Source: Escherichia coli (GTDB taxonomy: Bacteria; Pseudomonadota; Gammaproteobacteria; Enterobacterales; Enterobacteriaceae). Taken from it: a stretch of 64,000 bases of DNA. A program made the position numbers and the translations under genes. Every line of letters begins with the position of its first letter. Positions within the stretch are counted from its first letter, which is position 1. The DNA lies in assembly GCF_046105845.1 (NCBI RefSeq), contig NZ_CP151004.1; one strand, given 5' to 3'. A model generated the notes under the pieces. That model did not search any database and was not told the DNA's origin. It saw only the letters and a list, made by a program, of their open reading frames with translations. Below, piece after piece: positions 1 to 8,373 of the stretch.

Positions 1-1026
1 GAAATGCTGCGTCCCGGGCGCAAACTAGCCTCGCTGCTGGTGTCGCGTATCAAGGTGATGGCGCGGCTGGACATTGCCGAAAAGCGCGTGCCGCAGGATG
101 GACGTATTGCGCTGCTGCTGGGCGGTCGGGCGATTGACGTGCGTGTCTCCACCATGCCTTCTGCCTGGGGCGAGCGCGTGGTGCTGCGACTGCTGGACAA
201 AAACCAGGCCCGCCTGACGCTGGAGCGTCTGGGGCTGAGTCATGAACTGACCGCGCAGTTGCGCCAGCTACTGCACAAACCGCACGGTATCTTTCTGGTG
301 ACGGGGCCGACGGGTTCCGGCAAAAGCACCACGCTGTACGCCGGATTGCAGGAGCTGAACAACCATTCGCGCAACATTCTCACGGTTGAAGACCCCATCG
401 AATACATGATTGAAGGGATCGGTCAGACGCAGGTTAACACCCGCGTCGGCATGACCTTCGCCCGTGGCCTGCGCGCGATTTTGCGTCAGGACCCGGATGT
501 GGTGATGGTCGGTGAAATCCGCGATACCGAAACCGCAGAAATCGCTGTTCAGGCGTCGCTCACGGGGCACCTGGTACTTTCCACGCTGCATACCAACACG
601 GCGGTGGGGGCGATTACGCGTTTGCAGGATATGGGCGTCGAGCCTTTCCTGCTCTCTTCCAGTCTGACGGGCGTGATGGCGCAGCGACTGGTCCGCACGC
701 TGTGCCCAGACTGCCGCCAGCCTGCACCTGCCACTGACGAAGAAAAACGCCTGCTGGGAATTACCGACGCGCGTACTGTCACGCTTTACCATCCGCAGGG
801 CTGCCCCGCCTGTAATCACAAAGGTTTCCGCGGGCGTACTGCCATCCATGAGTTGATCGTGGTGGACGCCACATTGCGTGATTTGATCCACCGTCAGGCC
901 GGGGAACTGGAGCTGGAACGTTATGTCCGGCAACAGTCTGCGGGCATCCGCAGCAATGGCATTGAGAAAGTGCTCGCCGGAGAAACCTCTCTCGATGAAG
1001 TTCTGCGGGTAACCATGGAGGCGTAA
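1..1026 (+). CDS. gspE: Type II secretion ATPase GspE, 5' end cut by window edge
   Basis: ORF 4..1026 in frame to window start; Walker [11 protein letters not shown]-terminal CxxC...CxxC motif; followed by gspF-M. Confidence 0.93.
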   Translation, partial: EMLRPGRKLASLLVSRIKVMARLDIAEKRVPQDGRIALLLGGRAIDVRVSTMPSAWGERVVLRLLDKNQARLTLERLGLSHELTAQLRQLLHKPHGIFLVTGPTGSGKSTTLYAGLQELNNHSRNILTVEDPIEYMIEGIGQTQVNTRVGMTFARGLRAILRQDPDVVMVGEIRDTETAEIAVQASLTGHLVLSTLHTNTAVGAITRLQDMGVEPFLLSSSLTGVMAQRLVRTLCPDCRQPAPATDEEKRLLGITDARTVTLYHPQGCPACNHKGFRGRTAIHELIVVDATLRDLIHRQAGELELERYVRQQSAGIRSNGIEKVLAGETSLDEVLRVTMEA

Positions 1027-2249
1027 TGGCACTGTTTTACTATCAGGCGCTGGAGCGTAATGGTCGCAAAACCAAAGGCATGATTGAGGCGGATTCAGCG
1101 CGTCATGCCCGCCAGTTGTTGCGCGGTAAAGAGCTTATCCCCGTGCACATTGAAGCCAGGATGAATGCTTCGACAGGGGGAATGTTGCAGCGTCGGCGGC
1201 ACGCACATCGTCGCGTGGCGGCGGCAGATCTGGCGCTGTTCACACGCCAACTGGCAACGTTAGTACAGGCAGCAATGCCGCTGGAAACCTGCTTACAGGC
1301 GGTCAGTGAGCAAAGTGAAAAACTGCATGTGAAAAGCCTCGGAATGGCGCTGCGCAGTCGGATTCAGGAAGGCTATACCCTGTCGGACAGCCTGCGCGAA
1401 CATCCCCGCGTCTTTGACTCCCTGTTTTGTTCGATGGTCGCTGCCGGAGAAAAATCCGGACATCTCGACGTGGTGCTCAATCGCCTGGCGGATTACACCG
1501 AACAGCGGCAGCGCCTGAAATCACGATTGTTGCAGGCCATGCTCTATCCGCTGGTATTGCTGGTGGTGGCAACGGGCGTGGTCACTATTTTGCTGACGGC
1601 AGTGGTGCCGAAAATCATCGAACAGTTCGATCACCTCGGACACGCGCTACCCGCCTCCACCCGAATGCTCATCGCCATGAGCGACGCGTTACAGGCCAGC
1701 GGCGTTTACTGGCTGGCGGGTTTTCTGGGGCTTCTGGTGCTGGGGCAACGGTTACTCAAAAATCCTGCTATGCGCCTGCGCTGGGATAAAACCTTGCTGC
1801 GCCTGCCCGTGACGGGGCGTGTTGCGCGCGGGCTGAATACGGCGCGTTTTTCCCGCACATTAAGCATCCTCACCGCCAGCAGTGTTCCGCTACTGGAAGG
1901 TATTCAGACCGCTGCCGCCGTGTCGGCAAATCGCTATGTCGAGCAACAACTGCTGCTGGCGGCAGATCGCGTCCGCGAAGGAAGCAGTCTGCGCGCCGCG
2001 CTGGCGGAGTTGCGCCTGTTCCCGCCGATGATGCTGTACATGATCGCTTCCGGCGAACAGAGCGGCGAACTGGAAACCATGCTTGAGCAGGCCGCAGTCA
2101 ACCAGGAACGGGAATTTGATACCCAGGTGGGGCTGGCGTTAGGGCTGTTTGAACCGGCGCTGGTGGTGATGATGGCGGGCGTGGTGCTGTTTATCGTCAT
2201 CGCCATCCTCGAACCGATGCTGCAACTGAACAATATGGTTGGAATGTAA
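1026..2249 (+). CDS. gspF: Type II secretion inner-membrane platform protein GspF
   Basis: 407-aa ORF, polytopic membrane protein; ATG overlaps gspE stop (TAATG). Confidence 0.92.
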   Translation: MALFYYQALERNGRKTKGMIEADSARHARQLLRGKELIPVHIEARMNASTGGMLQRRRHAHRRVAAADLALFTRQLATLVQAAMPLETCLQAVSEQSEKLHVKSLGMALRSRIQEGYTLSDSLREHPRVFDSLFCSMVAAGEKSGHLDVVLNRLADYTEQRQRLKSRLLQAMLYPLVLLVVATGVVTILLTAVVPKIIEQFDHLGHALPASTRMLIAMSDALQASGVYWLAGFLGLLVLGQRLLKNPAMRLRWDKTLLRLPVTGRVARGLNTARFSRTLSILTASSVPLLEGIQTAAAVSANRYVEQQLLLAADRVREGSSLRAALAELRLFPPMMLYMIASGEQSGELETMLEQAAVNQEREFDTQVGLALGLFEPALVVMMAGVVLFIVIAILEPMLQLNNMVGM

Positions 2250-2265
2250 TTTACGGAGTTATCAC

Positions 2266-2721
2266 ATGAATTCGTTATCCCGCACACAAAAACCACGGGC
2301 AGGTTTTACCCTGCTGGAAGTGATGGTGGTGATTGTTATTCTTGGCGTCCTGGCAAGTCTGGTGGTGCCTAACCTGTTGGGCAATAAAGAGAAAGCGGAT
2401 CGGCAAAAAGCCATCAGCGATATCGTGGCGCTGGAGAATGCGCTGGATATGTACCGACTGGATAACGGGCGTTATCCGACTACCGAGCAGGGGCTTGAGG
2501 CGCTGATCCAGCAACCGGCCAATATGGCGGACGCCCGCAACTACCGTACCGGTGGATACATCAAACGACTGCCAAAGGATCCGTGGGGCAATGATTATCA
2601 GTATCTCAGCCCGGGTGAAAAAGGGCTGTTTGATGTTTATACCCTGGGGGCAGATGGTCAGGAAAACGGGGAGGGCGCTGGCGCAGATATCGGTAACTGG
2701 AATTTGCAGGAGTTTCAGTAA
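2266..2721 (+). CDS. gspG: Type II secretion major pseudopilin GspG
   Basis: Prepilin leader ending GFTLLEVMVV; GGAG 8 nt upstream of ATG 2266; track ORF start 2239 is probably an in-frame upstream extension. Confidence 0.9.
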   Translation: MNSLSRTQKPRAGFTLLEVMVVIVILGVLASLVVPNLLGNKEKADRQKAISDIVALENALDMYRLDNGRYPTTEQGLEALIQQPANMADARNYRTGGYIKRLPKDPWGNDYQYLSPGEKGLFDVYTLGADGQENGEGAGADIGNWNLQEFQ

Positions 2722-2724
2722 TCA

Positions 2725-3288
2725 GTGCCTGAACGCGGATTCACACTTCTGGAAATCATGCTGGTGATTTTCCTTATCGGCCTTGCCAGTGCGGGCGTGG
2801 TACAGACGTTTGCGACCGCTTCAGAGCCGCCTGCGAAAAAAGCGGCGCAGGATTTTCTGACTCGCTTTGCGCAGTTTAAGGACAGGGCAGTGATCGAAGG
2901 GCAAACACTCGGTGTACTAATCGATCCTCCTGGCTATCAGTTTATGCAGCGTCGTCACGGGCAGTGGTTGCCCGTTTCTGCGACCCGCTTATCGGCACAG
3001 GTTACGGTGCCAAAACAGGTGCAGATGCTGTTACAACCCGGCAGTGATATCTGGCAGAAGGAGTATGCGCTGGAACTGCAGCGTCGTCGCCTGACGCTGC
3101 ACGATATTGAACTGGAGCTGCAAAAAGAGGCGAAAAAGAAGACGCCGCAGATCCGTTTTTCGCCTTTTGAACCCGCCACGCCGTTTACGCTGCGCTTCTA
3201 CTCGGCGGCGCAAAACGCATGTTGGGCGGTAAAACTGGCACACGATGGCGTGTTATCCCTCAATCAATGTGATGAGAGGATGCCATGA
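2725..3288 (+). CDS. gspH: Type II secretion minor pseudopilin GspH
   Basis: GTG start; N-terminal GFTLLEIMLV prepilin motif. Confidence 0.85.
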   Translation: MPERGFTLLEIMLVIFLIGLASAGVVQTFATASEPPAKKAAQDFLTRFAQFKDRAVIEGQTLGVLIDPPGYQFMQRRHGQWLPVSATRLSAQVTVPKQVQMLLQPGSDIWQKEYALELQRRRLTLHDIELELQKEAKKKTPQIRFSPFEPATPFTLRFYSAAQNACWAVKLAHDGVLSLNQCDERMP

Positions 3289-3656
3289 AGCGCGGATTTA
3301 CCTTGCTGGAAGTGATGCTCGCGCTGGCGATTTTTGCGCTGGCGGCCACGGCGGTGTTACAGATTGCCAGCGGTGCGCTGAGTAATCAGCACGTTCTTGA
3401 GGAAAAAACAGTAGCGGGCTGGGTAGCTGAAAACCAGACCGCGCTGCTCTACCTGATGACCCGCGAGCAGCGGGTGGTCAGGCACCAGGGCGAGAGTGAT
3501 ATGGCAGGAAGCCGCTGGTACTGGCGAACCACACCGCTGAATACCGGTAACGCGCTGCTCCAGGCGGTGGATATTGAAGTCAGCCGTCACGAAGATTTTT
3601 CGTCGGTGATTCAGTCACGACGCGCCTGGTTTAGCGCCGTGGGAGGCCAACAGTGA
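3285..3656 (+). CDS. gspI: Type II secretion minor pseudopilin GspI
   Basis: N-terminal KRGFTLLEVMLA prepilin motif; ATGA overlap with gspH stop. Confidence 0.87.
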   Translation: MKRGFTLLEVMLALAIFALAATAVLQIASGALSNQHVLEEKTVAGWVAENQTALLYLMTREQRVVRHQGESDMAGSRWYWRTTPLNTGNALLQAVDIEVSRHEDFSSVIQSRRAWFSAVGGQQ

Positions 3657-4258
3657 GAAGGACTTGCGCTGGTTTCACGTTACTGGAAATGCTGGTGGCA
3701 ATTGCCATTTTTGCCTCGCTGGCACTGATGGCGCAGCAGGTGACTAACGGCGTCACACGCGTGAATAGCGCCGTCGCCGGACACGATCAAAAACTAAACC
3801 TCATGCAGCAAACGATGAGTTTTCTGACCCACGATCTGACACAAATGATGCCGCGTCCGGTAAGAGGCGATCAGGGCCAGCGTGAACCTGCGTTACTGGC
3901 GGGCGCTGGCGTGCTGGCGTCTGAGAGTGAAGGGATGCGCTTTGTGCGTGGCGGCGTGGTTAACCCGTTGATGCGTCTGCCACGCAGTAATCTGCTCACC
4001 GTCGGTTACCGCATTCATGACGGCTATCTCGAACGGTTAGCCTGGCCGCTGACCGACGCAGCAGGCAGCGTGAAGCCGACAATGCAAAAGTTGATTCCGG
4101 CGGATTCGCTCCGTTTGCAGTTCTACGACGGCACGCGCTGGCAGGAGAGCTGGTCATCAGTACAGGCAATCCCAGTGGCGGTGCGCATGACCCTGCATTC
4201 GCCACAATGGGGCGAGATTGAACGCATCTGGTTGTTACGCGGGCCGCAATTATCATGA
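3653..4258 (+). CDS. gspJ: Type II secretion minor pseudopilin GspJ
   Basis: GTG start overlapping gspI stop (GTGA); N-terminal AGFTLLEMLVA prepilin motif. Confidence 0.85.
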   Translation: MRRTCAGFTLLEMLVAIAIFASLALMAQQVTNGVTRVNSAVAGHDQKLNLMQQTMSFLTHDLTQMMPRPVRGDQGQREPALLAGAGVLASESEGMRFVRGGVVNPLMRLPRSNLLTVGYRIHDGYLERLAWPLTDAAGSVKPTMQKLIPADSLRLQFYDGTRWQESWSSVQAIPVAVRMTLHSPQWGEIERIWLLRGPQLS

Positions 4259-5232
4259 TCACCTCACCACCAAAACGCGGAATGGCACTGGTCGTGGTGC
4301 TGGTATTGCTGGCGGTTATGATGCTGGTGACCATCACGCTTTCCGGGCGAATGCAGCAACAACTTGGGCGAACGCGCAGCCAGCAGGAGTACCAGCAGGC
4401 GCTGTGGTACAGCGCCAGTGCGGAAAGCCTGGCGTTGAGCGCACTCAGTCTGAGCCTGAAAAATGAAAAGCGCGTGCATCTGGCGCAGCCGTGGGCTTCC
4501 GGCCCTCGTTTTTTCCCACTGCCGCAGGGGCAAATCGCCGTCACTCTGCGTGACGCACAGGCCTGCTTTAACCTGAATGCCCTCGCTCAGCCGACGACGG
4601 CGTCGCGTCCTATCGCGGTACAACAACTGATTGCCCTGATCTCGCGCCTGGATGTGCCTGCTTATCGGGCCGAACTGATAGCCGAAAGCCTGTGGGAGTT
4701 TATTGACGAGGACCGCAGCGTGCAGACGCGTCTGGGGCGTGAAGACAGCGAGTATCTCGCCCGCTCGGTGCCGTTCTACGCCGCCAATCAACCGCTGGCC
4801 GATATCAGTGAGATGCGCGTGGTACAGGGAATGGACGCCGGGCTTTATCAAAAACTGAAACCGCTGGTCTGTGCGCTGCCGATGACCCGCCAGCAAATCA
4901 ACATCAATACCCTGGACGTCGCGCAAAGTGTGATTCTTGAGGCGCTGTTTGACCCGTGGTTAAGCCCTGTTCAGGCGCGGGCGTTATTACAACAACGTCC
5001 GGCGAAGGGCTGGGAAGATGTCGATCAGTTTCTTGCGCAGCCGCTACTTGCTGACGTCGATGAGCGTACTAAAAAACAGCTAAAAACCGTCCTGAGCGTG
5101 GACAGCAATTACTTCTGGCTGCGTTCAGATATCACCGTGAATGAGATTGAACTGACGATGAACTCGTTAATTGTCCGCATGGGCCCACAACACTTTTCGG
5201 TTCTCTGGCATCAGACAGGAGAAAGTGAGTGA
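4255..5232 (+). CDS. gspK: Type II secretion minor pseudopilin GspK
   Basis: 325-aa ORF with hydrophobic N-terminus (RGMALVVVL); ATGA overlap with gspJ stop. Confidence 0.85.
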   Translation: MITSPPKRGMALVVVLVLLAVMMLVTITLSGRMQQQLGRTRSQQEYQQALWYSASAESLALSALSLSLKNEKRVHLAQPWASGPRFFPLPQGQIAVTLRDAQACFNLNALAQPTTASRPIAVQQLIALISRLDVPAYRAELIAESLWEFIDEDRSVQTRLGREDSEYLARSVPFYAANQPLADISEMRVVQGMDAGLYQKLKPLVCALPMTRQQININTLDVAQSVILEALFDPWLSPVQARALLQQRPAKGWEDVDQFLAQPLLADVDERTKKQLKTVLSVDSNYFWLRSDITVNEIELTMNSLIVRMGPQHFSVLWHQTGESE

Positions 5233-6407
5233 GTTCCATGCTTGAGATTTTTATCCCGCTTTGCGCCTCCGATCCCATCCGTTGGCAGCACCGTACCACC
5301 GACGTGGAGCACGGCATCTGGTCTGACGTTGACAACGAACAGCTCCAGCAATGGCTGCAAACTGATGCGATTCGACTCTACATTCCCGGCGAATGGATCA
5401 GCGTCTGGCAGGTTGAACTGCCTGATATCCCCCGCAAGCAGATACCGACTATTCTGCCCGCCTTGCTGGAAGAAGAGCTGAACCAGGATATCGATGAACT
5501 GCATTTCGCCCCGTTGAAAATCGACCAGCAACTGGCAACCGTAGCAGTGATTCACCAACAGCATATGCGCAACATTGCGCAGTGGTTGCAGGCAAACGGC
5601 ATCACCCGCGCTACCGTCGCGCCGGACTGGATGTCCATTCCTTGTGGGTTTATGGCTGGCGATGCGCAACGGGTTATCTGCCGCATCGATGAATGCCGGG
5701 GATGGAGCGCCGGGCGGGCGCTGGCTCCGGTCATGTTCCGCGCCCAGCTCAATGAGCAGAATTTACCGCTTTCGCTAACCGTAGTCGGCATTGCACCGGA
5801 AGAGCTATCAGCATGGGCTGGCCCAGATGCTGAACGTCTGACCGTTACGGCTCTGCCCGCCATTACCACTTATGGCGAACCGGAAGGAAACCTGCTAACA
5901 GGGCCGTGGCAGCCCCGCGTCAGCTACCGAAAACAGTGGGCGCGCTGGCGGGTGATGATTCTGCCGATATTGCTGATTCTGGTTGCGCTGGCAGTGGAAC
6001 GGGGCGTGACGTTATGGAGCGTCAGCGAACAGGTGGCGCAAAGCCGCACCCAGGCGGAAAAAAAGTTCTTAACACTGTTCCCGGAGCAGAAGCTGATTGT
6101 GAATTTGCGTTCCCAGGTGACGATGGCGCTGAAAAAATATCGCCCGCAGGCCGACGATACCCGGCTGCTCGCTGAGTTGTCAGCGATAGCCAGCACCCTG
6201 AAATCAGCATCACTTTCCGACATCGAAATGCGTGGTTTCACCTTTGATCAAAAACGCCAGACGCTCCACCTTCAGTTGCAGGCCGCGAACTTTGCCAGCT
6301 TCGACAAACTGCGTAGCGCACTGGCGGCAGATTATGTTGTGCAACAGGACGCGTTACAGAAAGAGGGTGATGCGGTTTCCGGCGGCGTAACGTTGCGGAG
6401 GAAATAA
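5229..6407 (+). CDS. gspL: Type II secretion inner-membrane protein GspL, full length
   Basis: 392-aa ORF; GTG start overlapping gspK stop (alternative ATG at 5238); single TM segment mid-protein. Confidence 0.82.
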   Translation: MSSMLEIFIPLCASDPIRWQHRTTDVEHGIWSDVDNEQLQQWLQTDAIRLYIPGEWISVWQVELPDIPRKQIPTILPALLEEELNQDIDELHFAPLKIDQQLATVAVIHQQHMRNIAQWLQANGITRATVAPDWMSIPCGFMAGDAQRVICRIDECRGWSAGRALAPVMFRAQLNEQNLPLSLTVVGIAPEELSAWAGPDAERLTVTALPAITTYGEPEGNLLTGPWQPRVSYRKQWARWRVMILPILLILVALAVERGVTLWSVSEQVAQSRTQAEKKFLTLFPEQKLIVNLRSQVTMALKKYRPQADDTRLLAELSAIASTLKSASLSDIEMRGFTFDQKRQTLHLQLQAANFASFDKLRSALAADYVVQQDALQKEGDAVSGGVTLRRK

Positions 6408-6408
6408 C

Positions 6409-6945
6409 ATGTTACGCGATAAATTTATTCACTATTTTCAGCAATGGCGTGAACGCCAGTTAAGCCGTGGCGAACACTGGCTTACACAACACCTGGCGGG
6501 GCGTTCTCCGCGTGAAAAGGGCATGTTACTGGCAGCGGTGGTGTTCCTGTTTAGCGTCGGATATTACGTCCTCATCTGGCAGCCGTTGAGCGAACGGATA
6601 GAACAACAGGAGACGTTGTTGCAGCAGCTGGTGGCAATGAACACCCGACTGAAGAGCGCCGCGCCGGATATTATTGCGGCGCGAAAATCCGCCACAACAA
6701 CGCCTGCGCAGGTATCTCGGGTCATCAGTGACAGTGCTTCCGTGCACTCAGTGGTCATCAAGCGGATAGCCGAGCGCGGGGAGAATATTCAGGTCTGGAT
6801 AGAACCTGTGGTGTTTAATGACCTGCTGAATTGGCTTAATGCGCTGGATGAAAAGTATGCGCTGCGGGTGACACAAATTGATGTCAGTGCAGGTGAGAAG
6901 CCTGGGATGGTGAATGTGCAGCGGCTGGAGTTTGGAGGGGGGTAA
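6409..6945 (+). CDS. gspM: Type II secretion protein GspM
   Basis: 178-aa ORF with N-terminal TM helix; GGAG RBS; position matches K-12 yghD next to pheV. Confidence 0.82.
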   Translation: MLRDKFIHYFQQWRERQLSRGEHWLTQHLAGRSPREKGMLLAAVVFLFSVGYYVLIWQPLSERIEQQETLLQQLVAMNTRLKSAAPDIIAARKSATTTPAQVSRVISDSASVHSVVIKRIAERGENIQVWIEPVVFNDLLNWLNALDEKYALRVTQIDVSAGEKPGMVNVQRLEFGGG

Positions 6946-7055
6946 GTATCAGGAGATTAATATCAATAAAATTACTCTCGTTAACGTGGCGAGAGTAATT
7001 CCCCCAGACCTCATAAGCTAAGTTTTTTCGTGAAGGTTATTGCCAGATCCAAAAG

Positions 7056-7080
7056 CAAAAACCCGCCTTGTGGGCGGGTT
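7056..7080 (-). terminator. Rho-independent terminator of pheV
   Basis: Minus-strand hairpin AACCCGCC-CACA-AGGCGGGTT followed by TTTTGCTTTT, directly 3' of the tRNA. Confidence 0.55.
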
Positions 7081-7092
7081 CTTAAGAATTAG

Positions 7093-7168
7093 TGGTGCCC
7101 GGACTCGGAATCGAACCAAGGACACGGGGATTTTCAATCCCCTGCTCTACCGACTGAGCTATCCGGGC
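7093..7168 (-). tRNA. pheV: tRNA-Phe (anticodon GAA)
   Basis: Reverse complement reads the 76-nt E. coli tRNA-Phe sequence, GCCCGGATAGCTCAGTCGGTAGAGCAGGGGATTGAAAATCCCCGTGTCCTTGGTTCGATTCCGAGTCCGGGCACCA. Confidence 0.96.
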
Positions 7169-7273
7169 AACGGGGCGCATTAAACCTGATTCGCCTCGTC
7201 TCGTCAATCAAATTTCTTCAATTTACTGCAGACTGCACAATCTATCATCACTTTGCCGCTAATGCACGCATTG

Positions 7274-8002
7274 TCAGGCAAACCAAGCGGTCCAGGCGGC
7301 GGAAAGCGGCATTGCCAGAAGGAGTGCTGGAAGCATGTTGACCACCGGGAACATTTTAATGCCACAGATGCGTAATCCGGTTGCCAGCAGCAATAAACCG
7401 CCTACGGCGCTGAAGTCTGCCATCATCGACGGTGTGGTCAGCGGTAATATCAGCGCGGCAGCCCACGCCAGCGTTAACTGGATGATCAGTAATGGGATAC
7501 TAATCACCGATACCGCAATACCCAGCGAGCAGGCGAAGATCATCGCCGTAAAGAAATCAAGAAATGACTTGGCGATTAAAATACTCGGATCGCCGGTCAT
7601 CCCTTCGTTCATTGCCCCGAAGATCCCGGTGCCGCTGGCGCAAAACAGGACAATAATCGCGACATAATTCTGAATAAAAGATTCATGCGCTGGCTTCTTA
7701 CGTGAGTGGCGAAACAGATTTTGTGCTTTGGTGACCGCGGTATTGACGCCTTTTTCCAGCAGACAAATTTCGCCGATTAATGCACCGAGTAAGGTTGCTA
7801 ACACCATCGCAGGAAGGTTGGCGCATTTCACCACCAGTAAAATACCAATCCCCAGCGATGCCAGACCAAAAATTGATGTCATGGAGACGCGGATACGTTC
7901 CGGTAAGCGTTGGCTAAGGAGTGCACCGAGAACGCCACCCAGTAATACTGCACTTGCGTTGATAAAAGGACCGATGACCACAAGAGTTCCTGTTAGCTGC
8001 AT
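7274..8002 (-). CDS. yqgA: DUF554 inner-membrane protein YqgA
   Basis: 242-aa hydrophobic ORF between pheV and speC, as in K-12. Confidence 0.85.
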   Translation of the reverse strand: MQLTGTLVVIGPFINASAVLLGGVLGALLSQRLPERIRVSMTSIFGLASLGIGILLVVKCANLPAMVLATLLGALIGEICLLEKGVNTAVTKAQNLFRHSRKKPAHESFIQNYVAIIVLFCASGTGIFGAMNEGMTGDPSILIAKSFLDFFTAMIFACSLGIAVSVISIPLLIIQLTLAWAAALILPLTTPSMMADFSAVGGLLLLATGLRICGIKMFPVVNMLPALLLAMPLSAAWTAWFA

Positions 8003-8373
8003 TATCTGATTTTCTTATTATGAACGTTTGGCACCTTCGATGGCTTGTTTGTTCGCAAAGTCCTGGCTTGCACGCTCTGGTGAAAGGTGCCATGATTGCG
8101 CGAATTTTCTCCTCTCTGTACGGAGTTTGCCCGATGCACGCCACCTCCTTACATTCTCTCGCTTATCGCCGTTTCGCGCGAAACTCCTCCCCTTTTCTGC
8201 TCATGCGGTGAAGTTAACGCACGCTCACTGCAGGACAACAGTAAAATCAGAGCGTTTCTGCTTTTACTGATGTCTGGCGGTCGGAGCTGGTGACCAGTTT
8301 GACCCATATCTCGTGGGGCAGGGTTTTTCACCTTGTCCGGTATTCTTACTTCCCCGAAACGGGTTTTGCGCTT

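Noticed and set aside
6946-7273. Integrated island or integrase at pheV
   Set aside because: No integrase-like ORF and no duplicated tRNA 3' segment; the tRNA is flanked directly by gspM and yqgA.
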